Assembly: GCA_030390025.1 (NCBI GenBank)
Contig: CM059432.1
Location: 76,758,001-76,822,000, forward strand
DNA from: Squalus acanthias
Lineage: Eukaryota
Reading direction: 5' to 3'
Length of the DNA: 64,000 nucleotides
Shown here in pieces: positions 25,448 to 36,874 of this stretch (the first letter of the stretch is position 1; each line of letters begins with the position of its first letter). A program made the position numbers and the translations under genes. The notes below the pieces were generated by a model, which was not told where the DNA came from, did not search any database, and saw only the letters and a list, made by a program, of their open reading frames with translations.

Positions 25448-27135
25448 GTAAGTTGCGTGCTTCTGTCCGAAGCAATTTATATGTTGAATTGTGGAGAAAC
25501 ACTGTATGGACGTGGCTCGGGTTCTCTCCCTCCCCCCAACCCCCCCCCCCCCCCCCCACTAGTTTGCTAATATGTTTAAGGGGCTGTTGTATATTTTTCT
25601 CTCTGTGAAAAGCAAGATTTTCGGGGGGAGGGGTTCCTGCATGGAGGAGGAATGAATGGACCTCCCGCACTTCTCCACCTCTGTTAGTACAATGACTTCG
25701 AATTGTTTTCACGCTGGGTCGCTAACATTTGAAGTTATATTTTCTGACCTGCTTATCTTACTATCTGACATTTAGTTTAAGTTCTGATTTAATCCAATCC
25801 TTTGTGTGCTCCCCACCCCCCTCCCTTCTTCTTACTTGACCTTGTAGAGTGTGCGTGCCCGCTCCTGTGGTCGGTCGGTGCATTCATTTGTTAAGGTTTC
25901 CTTTTGATTTGAAACTCTTTACAGGACGGAATCATTCCTGGTTTCTTCTAAATGGATTAGGTTTCCTTCTCCTTAGGAATCACACTGCTTACAAGACATG
26001 GACACAAATTAGTGACACCCCCACCCCCCAAAAACAAGGTTTCACAAGTAAAAAATGCAAATTGCCTTTGCTTTCTTTGTCTAAAGTGCTGAAGCAATGG
26101 GAGCTGGTTCTTTTGAAAGAAAAAATGGCGAGTCCCATTGTAACTGGACTATTTTCTTCCGGTACAAGCACTTTAGTGAAATTCTACAGAGCCGGGCTTC
26201 TTTTGAATATTCTTTTGTGCACCTCTCATTGTATGTGGACATTTGGAGAAAGCGTCGTTTCAATCGATTACAAATCATACAAAACTGCAATTAGGATTAT
26301 CCCAGTTTTTTACGTTCACTGTTCTGCTTTCGTAGAATTGTCGTCCTGTTTCCCGTCCCTGTCCTTGCCTGCTTTTTCCCGCTTCTCTTGCCTGGATTGT
26401 CTTAGGTCTCGAGGACCATTTGTTTGTCTGTTTTTCCACCAACGTAGTTGTCCAGAACCCTTCAGTACTTCACGATGAGAAGTTACATTTAGAATCCAAA
26501 GCATCGGAAGATTAAAAGGGGTAAAGGCACCCGGTAACGATGGATACCAGGCTAGAATGGCGATAATGCTTAGAAATGCTGAAATGTGTTGAGGGCGATT
26601 TCCATCGTGGTTTTTCAACCTATTTTAATCAGCTGTAGTCATATATAAGGAGCCTTTTAAAAAGTAAACACTTGTACTGGCGCTAATCAAAATGGTCGTT
26701 TTAACCTGTAAACATACTAACAGGAGAGTAAAATGAAGAAGGATTTCTGGTATTTTATCTGAATGTGATCAGCTTTACCATTGCCCCATGTATTCCCTGG
26801 ATTTCTTTTATTAATGGCTGTTAATTCCTAAATAGATAATCTTCCATTTTTCAAAATTAACGGAACGATCTTCTTCAATTAATTAAGTCTCAGTTAAGGC
26901 GATTGTTTAATAACGGATATTACTTAATAACTTGACATAATAGAACATCGGAAAATGTTGATTTTAATGCTCAGTTTTATGATTTAAATGAAGCTGTACT
27001 ATTTATCACCAGATAATGCATAATCCATATGCCATTAGAAATCACTGCAACCGATTATTCCAATGGGATAAAGTCATCCTTTAAAAAATCAGTTTTTTTA
27101 AAGAATGTAACTTAAATATGATCATCAGCTTCCTC

Positions 27136-27156
27136 TTCAAAACCATGGACAGCGAT
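27136..27156 (+). promoter_or_regulatory. Candidate RE1/NRSE (REST-binding) element
   Basis: TTCAAAACCATGGACAGCGAT matches TTCAGCACCATGGACAGCGCC at 17/21; 4.4 kb upstream of miR-124, whose loci are known REST targets in mammals. Confidence 0.6.
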
Positions 27157-27710
27157 CCGGTTATGTGTGTGTTAAACTGTCTATACAGCCGCGTGATTCA
27201 TTTGTTTATCAAATAAGTATGATCTTATTCAGACTTTTATTAATAGAGTAAATATGCTGTTTGGAATTATCTGCTGGCATGTCTCATCTGTTTATAGATA
27301 CGCATGCACAAATGTTATATATACGAGACCTGTGTGTGTGTATATATTGTGTATAGAAGCATATTTCTCTAACTGTACAGCCTGCGTGTTTTTAGTGGTG
27401 TGGGTGACGGTCTGCCCCAGTGCAGGCTGCCCATTTCGGACGGGCTTGTCCCTACTGGCTCTTGGTGTTTCTATAGCGCTCTGCTCATACTCTCGGAGAC
27501 AGTAAAGATTCCGCAACCCAACCACCCGCCTCCCCCGCAACCCCCTCCCATTCCCTTAACCGTCAGAATTTCCACTGCGAACGTTTGCCTCTGCCAATTG
27601 AATCGGTCTCCATTAGGGGCAGGGTCTGATGCATAATTCGAGAAATGAAAAGGCAATTCTGCATTAAGCGTGAAGTGGCCTTGATCAACCAAACGGTTAC
27701 CATTTCTCAA

Positions 27711-28237
27711 ATGTGTGCGCTGGGTGTATGCGCTGTGTGTGTGCTGGGTGTGTGAGTGTGTGTGTGCTGTGTGTGTGTGCTGGGTGTGTGTGCTGGGTGT
27801 GTGCTGTGTGTGTGTGTGTGCTGGGTGTGTGTGTGTGTGTGCTGAGTGTGTGTGTGCGTGTGTGTGCTGAGTGTGTGTGTGCTGGGTGTGTGTGTGTGTG
27901 TGTGTGTGTGGGTGCTGCGTGTGTGTGCTGAGTGTGTGTGTGCTGGGTGTGTGTGTGTGTGTGTGTGTGCTGGGTGTGTGTGTGTGTGTGTGTGTGTGTG
28001 CTGGGTGTGTGTGTGTGCTGCGTGTGTGTGCTGTGTGTGTGTGTGTGCTGGGTGTGTGTGCTGGTGTGTGTGCTGTGTGTGTGCTGTGTGTGCTGTGTGT
28101 GTGTGTGCTGTGTGTGTGTGCTGTGTGTGTGTGTGCTGTGTGTGCTGGGTGTGTGCTGTGTGTGTGTGCTGTGTGTGCTGGGTGTGTGCTGTGTGTGTGT
28201 GCTGTGTGTGCTGGGTGCGTGTGTGTGCTGCGTGTGT
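27711..28237. repeat. Long compound (TG)n microsatellite punctuated by CTG/CTGG, running into an assembly gap
   Basis: Visible directly; produces spurious Cys/Val and His/Thr ORFs. Confidence 0.97.
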
Positions 28238-28437
28238 NNNNNNNNNNNNNNNNNNNNNNNNNNNNNNNNNNNNNNNNNNNNNNNNNNNNNNNNNNNNNNN
28301 NNNNNNNNNNNNNNNNNNNNNNNNNNNNNNNNNNNNNNNNNNNNNNNNNNNNNNNNNNNNNNNNNNNNNNNNNNNNNNNNNNNNNNNNNNNNNNNNNNNN
28401 NNNNNNNNNNNNNNNNNNNNNNNNNNNNNNNNNNNNN
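28238..28437. other. Assembly gap (200 N)
   Basis: Run of N; the round size suggests a placeholder of unknown true length. Confidence 0.99.
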
Positions 28438-29644
28438 GGGGGGGGGGGTGTTGTGTGTGTTGGGGGGGGTTGATGTGTAAAAGGGAGTGTTGTGAGCTGA
28501 AGTGCAGATTTAGAAAGGAAGAACATCGTGTCTGGGAGCAATCGCATGAAATGTCATGTTTTTTGAATTCATTCTGTGGCTTCGTGTAAATTTGGACGGA
28601 GGGCCGCGTTGTTTCTCGGAACATTGATGTTGTTATTAACTGGCTTGCACTGTCTTTCAGTGCCATCAGGTGACGTTACCTCGATTGTCGGGATAATGCA
28701 AGCACGGGGATCGTACCGGCTTCATGTGCCGGTTCCGCCATATGATTATTTCCAATTTGAAAGAACAACAGAGAATACAGAATAAAGCTGCCGGCCCCTG
28801 GCATGAACCGTGCTGACAGTCTTAGGAGATGCGCTGCATCTCTCTAGACTGGGATAAAGTTATAAACAACTTTATGAAATTGTTTTACAAGTGATACCTG
28901 AGCAGTAATGTAGGTAACACCGAGGACGGGTCCATCATTGAATGTCACCCCAACATTGCTCTGCGAATTGGTGTTTTAAAAAGCGTCGCGTTGCGTTTTA
29001 GTGACTGCAGCAGCAGAGAGGAGGGCCGAGGCGAGCAACCTTGTCCGTTAGACTGTCAACTTAGTACAGAACTGGTCTAATGTTATTTGAAGAGCTTTCA
29101 ACCGTAACCTGAGGGCCTTTGTCATTCTTGTTCTGAAAAAGTTTTTTTCACAACGCCCCCTATTCTCCACCCTACTCCAGATACCTGTGTTCATTCTTAG
29201 GCACGTTTCAGAGAAGTGGGGTGGGGGGGGGGGGAGGGGGGCATTACGTGTAAACAAATGTGTGAAAGAAACAAATGATAGAACATTATTTTCTGAATAA
29301 TAGGATTTCATTTCCAATTATCTTATTCTTATAGGAGGGGGGTACAGGTTACTTGACAATACGCCTTTTGAAAAACCCTGTCGATCAGAGGTCGCCAAAG
29401 GCAGCAAACATAATTTAAAACCCCAAATAATACATTTCGAATAAGTATTTGTTCCGCCAGTCTAATATCGAATTTCAGTGTACATTTAGGAAACTGTTTC
29501 AAGATGTAAAGTGGTACAGCAGTGTTAACGCCGAGAGATGCTGTCATGTTCAAATTGGGGTGTTGCAGCCCCCACAAGGCCCGGTGATGCTGAGATTTTG
29601 TGTCTCTCACTCTCAAGGACATGGAGATGATCAGGAGTTTGGGA

Positions 29645-29745
29645 GCCAACATCTGCCTGCCTGGTGACGTCATCGGCCCCATGTAATCCTCTTGTGCTAA
29701 AAGCAGATCCTTATTTGTTTGGCTGGAGAGCCATTAATCCCTAAG
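29645..29745. promoter_or_regulatory. Candidate neural/retinal cis-regulatory module upstream of miR-124
   Basis: E-box CATCTG (29650), full CRE TGACGTCA (29665), two TAATCC K50-homeodomain sites (29684, 29735) and a Fox-like TATTTGTTT (29712) within 100 bp. Confidence 0.45.
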
Positions 29746-30973
29746 TCTGGATCAGAAGCACGGGGGAAAAGGGCTGCAGGAGACCATCCTGGCTACACAA
29801 AGCCACCAAGAAATTGGAAGAGAAACGTCTCCCTCTGTGTCACCGACCGGGGATGAAGCGGCTCGGAGTCCACGCCTTTTCAGAGGTTATATCGTTAATT
29901 CCATTTATTTACCGAGATAGTTTATGTTTCTCTGTTGATTGCTGCAGCACTCGCTCCAGCCTCCCTGAAAGATATGCATTTGACACTTTTACAGACGATC
30001 TTTGCAGGGTTTCGGTTCCATGGATGAGGTTTTGATGTTGATGGTTGCTGCTGGACATTGGCCTTAGACGATCCCCCCACACCCCACAAATAGCTGGCGT
30101 TTTTTGTTGTGATCCCTTATAGGCTCTGTATTTCCGCACGTTCTCTCTTGCAGTTACTACTGGTGCAGGAGAATCTAGTCTGTGATGCTCTGTGCGTGTT
30201 CCCTCCGTACTCAGTCAATGATGCGACTGGAAAACTGCTACTGGAATAAACCCTCCTGAAAAAGGCATTTATGCATCTGCATTTTCCAAGCGGTTCAGCG
30301 GGCTCCTTACCGGGATGCGGACCACCGTCTCCCTGAGCTTTTGTTTAGTGCTTGTGCGACCAAACCTTCGCTCCTTTTAAAGAAATGTCTTTGTGTCTTA
30401 CAGGGTCTTTGCCTTTACTTCGTGTGCTGCTTTCTGCTGGCCCTCGAGGACCATCTTGCCATTCTAAAGGCCGTTTTGTTTGTATGTTTTGTAGGCGATC
30501 GTCACAATCATCGTTTACCGATCGCCTGTCTCATCCTGTTCTGTGCTGGGGGATGGATCAGTCGGTCAGAAGATATCGTCGTCCGCCAGTAGCTTCCTAT
30601 CAGCACCCTCGGTTCAACGCTTGTGAAAGGGGGAGAAAAACACCACAATGACTCTCAAAGTCTTTTCTTCGACGCGGACCTAAAGTACAGATCATCTGCA
30701 CGGGTCAGCTTGAGGGTCACTGCATAGGTCACTCCACAACTGCCATGGGTAAACGTATCTACACAACTGTCCTTGAGCACCAGGCCCATGTAGAGCGATT
30801 TAGATCAAGAGATGTCTTTTGCTTATTATATATTTTTTATATGTCACAATATTTGCCGCAAGAATATACAATCAGCATCTGCAGCTCTGCGGAGTGGCAA
30901 GCGCCAGACCAGATGGGCTTTTCTGTACACAGGGGACTGGGCAGGTGCCTCGTCTACTGCTTTTACGCACTGC

Positions 30974-31062
30974 AGAGAGAGAGGGAGAGAGAGAGAGAGG
31001 GGGAGAGAGGAGATACAAGAGAGAGGGAGAGAGAGAAGAGATCCAAGAGAGAGGGAGCAGAG
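30974..31062. repeat. Imperfect (GA)n purine tract
   Basis: Visible directly in the sequence. Confidence 0.9.
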
Positions 31063-31550
31063 AACAAAAACACTTATCTTCTCTGCTATTTTATTTTAAA
31101 TCTTCTAAGGTAACTAAGAAGGAAATGTACCGTTTTTATATGCTTTCTAGTCATTTTTTTTTTACAAAGAACGTTCTTACAATAGCTGAAAGCACGGTGA
31201 GTTTGTAGGGCAGATCCTTTATTAGAGAGCGTACAACCGACCTGGCAGCACATTTCATCAAAACCGGACTAAACGCAGGCTGGTGGGATCAATTCCACGT
31301 ACGCACCGTTACAATAAGAATATACTTCCGAATAATTTCAACTGGACCCACAGAACCGGATGCAGAAATGCTGTAGTTTGTATTCCGGACAGTTTAGCGA
31401 GATGGACGAAATCAGCAGACAAAAGAAAAATATTTTATTGATGTTTATAAACGGAACATATTGTTTTGATTTCTCTCGCAATGCCACGGAGTGAGCTATG
31501 CTGTGGATTTGATGATTAATTGTTCCTCTTTTCCCTTCAAGCCGATTGCA

Positions 31551-31632
31551 GACTCGCGCTCTCCGTGTTCACAGCGGACCTTGATTTAATGTCATACAAT
31601 TAAGGCACGCGGTGAATGCCAAGAGCCGAGCC
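31551..31632 (+). ncRNA. mir-124-2: microRNA-124 precursor hairpin, probably the miR-124-2 ortholog
   Basis: Exact miR-124-3p TAAGGCACGCGGTGAATGCCAA (31601-31622) and 5p CGTGTTCACAGCGGACCTTGAT (31564-31585). Loop TTAATGTCATACAAT and 3' flank AAGAGC.GAGCC...CTGCACTT match mir-124-2 from memory. CNNC motif (CTGC) at 31638-31641. Confidence 0.97.
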
Positions 31633-33584
31633 ACTGACTGCACTTTACCAGCAACTTGACCAAACTTCAGCTCAAATCAAATCCATTCTACCACAAAACT
31701 GCCCTAGTCGGCCCGCACCCACCAAGCCCCAGCACTTCACACCAGGAAACACAAAAACACGTCGAACAGAGAAGCGAGTATTCAGTCAATGACCTCATTA
31801 ACTATCCATGCACTTCAAGCGCACAATTTACTGTGGGAAATGCTGCTGATAAGTATTACAATCTTTGCATTGCCATTTGTTTATATAAGGATAACAATAC
31901 TATGCGATCTCATTTGTGGCAATTCCATTTTAACATTTTAATAGGATTACAGTCCATTTTTTTCCAATGCAGAAAAATCTGATCAGCCAGTGAAATAAAT
32001 CTTTTGAGAAGGGATGACAGCGTTCAGCGTGAGAGACGGCGACTCGGTATCACAGCGCCCCCGACTGAGCCATTCCCGGCTGGACGGGGGGCGCACGAAC
32101 TGACATTGTTACTGTCCTTCTGTTTTCTTTGAATTCAGGCCTCATATAGATATAAGATTCGCAAAATAGAGACGCTATTACACTTGCAACTGTGATTATC
32201 ATCCAAAGTGCCCCATTGGAAGTCACACAAGTGTTGATTGACAGATCTGTTGTGGTGACTTGGCCCCCATAAGTAACACAATACAGGTCCCCCTTTACAA
32301 TCCAAGCCCCCACATCTGTAGCACAGTGTGTTACCGACAAGCTCCTTTCTTTTACCTGCTGACCGGTGTAGTTAGGCACTAAATGACTGCTCCTTCTCGG
32401 CCCAGCATGTTTTATTTTTGTTTGTTCAAAGATAGCAAAAAAATAGTTTTAAGTGTAATGTGATTATTTCTTTGACGAATGGATTTTTGGAAAGAAACAA
32501 TACAATATGAAACGGCTGGCAGATGTCAGTGAATCTGTTCACCGTCCGGAACGGTTGTGTTTGAGAGGACTACCAGGCTGCTTTCTGCTCTCTATCAGAG
32601 GGACTTGCGGGCCGCAGTGACTCGGACTGGTTTCTTTGTGCCTCTCGGCCCTCTGCTAATAGAAACGTTCAATACAATCAAACGGTTTTGGTGGAGTGGA
32701 TAGTCCGCTATTCACCCTAACTAAACTGGCAGAAACCTTTTGTTTAACGACCTAAAAAAAATCAGTATCCGCACAATACGCCGTTGCCGGTTTCCAAAGC
32801 TTTCCAAAGCACAGAATTATAAAGTAAAAGAGAGAATAAATAAATAATTATCTTCCCTTTTTTTAAGAGTTCCGAAGTTCGGTGCATAATACTGTACAAT
32901 TCTGAGCGCAAGCTCCCAGCAAGGTCCCCGAGACTTCCAAGGGGCAATAGAAACATCCCGGACGGTCTTAAAACGGTCGCAAACTTCTTCATACTTTGCT
33001 TCAATGGGTTGTTTCAGCCAAACTCTGCAAAATTCAACCAGCCAGAAAGAAATCTGAAAATCCAATTTAGAGGCTGTTTGTGTTACACAAAATGACCCTC
33101 CTCCCCTTAACAATCCCGCAGTTAAACTCGGAGAGATCATTTTTTGGGGCGCACTTGACTTACTGGCAAAACATTCGGCACGAAAAGGTCAAGCTGTGCC
33201 TGTTGTTTGTGATCTGTGTATTATAGTCCAGCTGTAATGAGGAAGCTGAATGTTCTGATACGACTCAACCCTCTGAACACTGCAAAGTCTGAAATAAAAC
33301 GCAATGTGTTCTGGGAATAGCTTTAACCTCTCACCATAATTTACCCATCCTTTAAACATTGGATCTTTGCACAGTTAATGTCATTTTGGGGGAATCTCTT
33401 GTGCAAGTTTCTACTTTTGCAACGAAAACCCAATGAAGATGTTAGATCTTTAAATATTTTATGTTATTATAATACATCAAACAAACAATAGCGTTAATCG
33501 TTCACAAGTTAGGAGTTCCCGCGCCGTTCTTGTATCATGATTGCAGAATACGGCTGATTTATCTCTCTGGATTGTGCCATTTCT

Positions 33585-33705
33585 AAATGATTACAACTCG
33601 TTTCCTACATTACAACGGTGACTACACTTCAAAAGTACTTCATTGACTGAAGCGCATCGGGACGTCCTGAGGTCGTGGAAGGCGCTATATAAATGCAAGT
33701 CTTTC
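33585..33705 (+). mobile_element. 3' tail of the DeuSINE-like SINE (L2-derived tail)
   Basis: Matches about 41715-41820 (CTACATTACAAC.GTG.CTACACT.CAAAA.GTACTTCATTG...GAGGTC.TG.AA.GCGCTATATAAATGCAA). Confidence 0.8.
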
Positions 33706-35704
33706 AAGTCTTTATTGGTGCACAAGCAGATCTAACTCAACAGTGAAAAACTAGTTTGTGTTCACTAATTCGACTTTGTATATTCCGCAGAATTTTAAAT
33801 CTACCGAGCTTAAAAAAAGACACCGATGTGACAACCAGCGGCTTTCGCTGGGCCCGGCACACTGTCGGAGTAAACGTACTTTCCCGTAATATCCATTACC
33901 CGCTGCAGCGCAGATCGTTTCCAGTATGTAAGTGGTCGCATTAAATTCATGGGCAATTTGTTTTACCAATTGGTCCACTTTAAATTGGATTTTCCTGAAC
34001 AAATTCATTCAGATTGGCGCTATGTGCCTTAAACGTTCTGCGGGCCGAGCTCCCTCTTCGGCTAGGACAGAATGCTATCACTTTTTATGCCGCGTTAGGT
34101 TTCAATGAGAGAGTATTTCTGGTTTTAGGACGATAGAATGGACCGAGCCTTACTCATGTCAAGCACCAATCTATTTGATGAAACATTTTCATCCAGGTGC
34201 CGAGGACTGGCCTCTCGCTGCAAAGGCCTCTGGCACTGGGCTCTTCCACTTGAAATTCCGGGGATTCATCCCTTTGCAGCAGGAATGATTGGATCCTGAG
34301 CGGTTTAAGTTAAACGATTTACTATCATAAACGTTTTTGGGGTTTATTTTACACTTAAACGGCTCTACAAGCACCGAAAATAAACAGAAATATTTTGTCC
34401 CCAAATAGTTCAAAATAAATGACAGGTACCGACCGTGGTTATAGTGCAGTTATGTCTCAGTTATAGTCACCAATCTAACCTTAAAATGTCTTCCTGCAGG
34501 TATATAACCACTTATTTTGCGGAGTTTCCCGATTTTGCGCTCGCCGGCCCGCGATTTCCCGCTTATTACAGTGAATGGGCAGAAAACCATTGGCGAGCGC
34601 AGAAGTGGAAAATCCCGGCAAACAGTTTATCTACATTCAGGTCAGACTCTGCATTGTTTATGGACATTGCGCTCAAAGCACAGGAAGGGGAGGAGAGTTC
34701 AATGCTCAGACTTATTGATCTAATTAACATATACCTGGAAATTGAAACAAAAAGTAATGTTTACTGAACGAGTTTATAATTATTTATCTTTATATCTATT
34801 TTCCACCCGCCAACGCATCTGTGCGTGTCTTACCTGAAACGGGGAAATAATGCGCCAGTGCAAACTCCATAGGCTTGAATATTTTTGATTTATTCCTTCT
34901 AGCGAAATAATAAACTAGCAAAAGACATCCAGCAATTCACGCATTGTTTGGAATTTAATTTTAAAATAGAAAAAAATCGGTAAAATCACTAATGAATATC
35001 ACTAATGTTTCCTGCTCTCCTTGAATGAAACCACAGAATGTAGCGAAGCAGAATTTTTAAAACAATTTTATTTTATTCTAGCCGCGGGTTTCTCCAGCTC
35101 TCGGGTCGAGCTGCCGTTCCATATTTGCACTGCATTAGAAAATAATTTGTTTCTCGAGCAACACTTTACCTTCCGGTCGCAAAGTGGTTTTGTAAACAAC
35201 CTTATTGCAATTTTTCTGATTTTTAGTTGTGTGGAAATAAATCTTTTTTTAATTTGAACGAGTTATTGCACGCACGATTGCCGTCCTTGCGTTGGCAAGG
35301 TCCCGCTGTGCTTGAATTGATTTCGTTTTTAAATGTAAAACTGATCATGGATTTTAAATACAATACTTTTATTTATGAAACGAACTAATTTCAGGGCTTA
35401 AAATATGTTCGGTCTTTTTGCTGGCGATCTATGTTCAAGAACAATAGTGAGTACAGGTTGCCATGAAGACGAAATTTTAACCAATCCACTTCGAAACCAG
35501 TCAGAATTTATCCATGAGCAGGCCAGAACATAAATAATTAAATCATGCCAGAACGAAATCAAAAACTATGTAGAACTTGTTTTTTTAATGATAAAACATA
35601 AATGTACTTCTATAGGAAATGTATTAATGTGGATTGGAATTGGTGTATAGCAAAGCAAGCCTGTATGCATTCAATTGTATTTAAAAGGGAAATCAATAAC
35701 TATA

Positions 35705-35866
35705 TAATTTGAGGCGAATAGTATCGATGCATTTAAGGGAAGCTGGATGGGCATATGGGGGAGAAGGGAATAGAGGCTTAGCTGTTGGATGAGGAAGGAT
35801 CTGAGTGGAGCTGGTTGGGCCGAATGGCCTGTTTCTGTGCTGTATATTCTGTGTAATTCTATGTAA
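35705..35866 (+). mobile_element. CR1 LINE 3' tail
   Basis: GGGCCGAATGGCCTGTTTCTGTGCTGTA followed by ATTCTRTG-type terminal repeats, as at 51565-51610. Confidence 0.85.
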
Positions 35867-36874
35867 TAATTTGTTGAAACCAAAACTTTTTGCAAACTAG
35901 ATCTTACCTGTCACTAACAGCATTAACACAAATTAACAACCTTGGTTTGAACATTGAGTACCGGAATAGGCGGAGCAGAGAAACTAAATTGGGCAATCAA
36001 AGCAAAAAAAGTCAGTGGAAATCTGCTCACTGAATCGTCTTTGGATCATCATCCCAATGTGTCTCGCCTGTGGAATTATATCGCCCTTTTCAATTGAAGT
36101 TATAAAAAATTTACTTTCAATATTATTTTGCAAGACTGAAAGAATATCAGTCAGATTCCCAATCCTTTACCCTGTCTGTGGCTGTAGTATACGTTCCACT
36201 GTCATAAAACCATTAGGAAGCTTTCGGACCCACGGTGCCCCGATATTGACTCCCACTGGGAGACGATTAACTTTAAATCATTTCTGTAGCGCCGCCTTCT
36301 GGCAAGGGGAAATTACATGGATCATTATTACATGCGAAAATGTTCCATATGAAACACTGGGAATGTTCGTTTTAAAATAATCGCATTGGATTTAGACAGA
36401 CAGAAAAATACCTGCAAACTGGGTCATGAAAAGGTGATCGAAGTATCTGCAAGTCACTTAAAACAATGAGCACGTGTAATCAAAATAAAAAATAGATTTG
36501 TTCACTGGAAGCGTTTTCTGTGCTCAGGTGATTCCTGGAAACAACAATTTCTGCTTTCACGTTGGCTGCAGAAATGCAGCAGGTCAAATCTTTATCTCAG
36601 GCCTGAGATGGAATATAGCAGTAGTTTGACCCCTGCTTCCTTGTACAACAATTATATGAATAACTTAACCTGAGAAAAACATTATCACCAGCCTCTGCAC
36701 CATTCATTTTGTTTATGACTAAAGTATTTATTATTCGCAGCCGGTGTGTGTGCCGCAAATCAAACACTGCAACTCACCATTGTGGCTCACATAATGTATG
36801 CTTCTTTGGCTTTCCCCCTTCGCAAACAGAATAAATATTTCTCAACTTTTTTTTAATGAAGGCAGTGTCTCTTT

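Noticed and set aside
26075..26095. Additional RE1-like sites (here, about 28913-28932 and about 30599)
   Set aside because: Only half-sites or roughly 14/21 matches; too weak without a matrix scan.
25849..26478. 209-aa plus-strand ORF
   Set aside because: Non-ATG start, no recognisable domain, and composition typical of non-coding DNA.
27471..28666. Long His/Thr-rich and Cys/Val-rich ORFs (up to 358 aa)
   Set aside because: They are translations of a (TG)n microsatellite plus the N gap.
30870..34872. Possible minus-strand two-exon micropeptide (MEFALAHYFPVS joined to VRKSSRRGTCPVPC...)
   Set aside because: Built only from one donor near 34834 and an acceptor beside a (CT)n microsatellite; no homology recognised, and it is antisense to miR-124.
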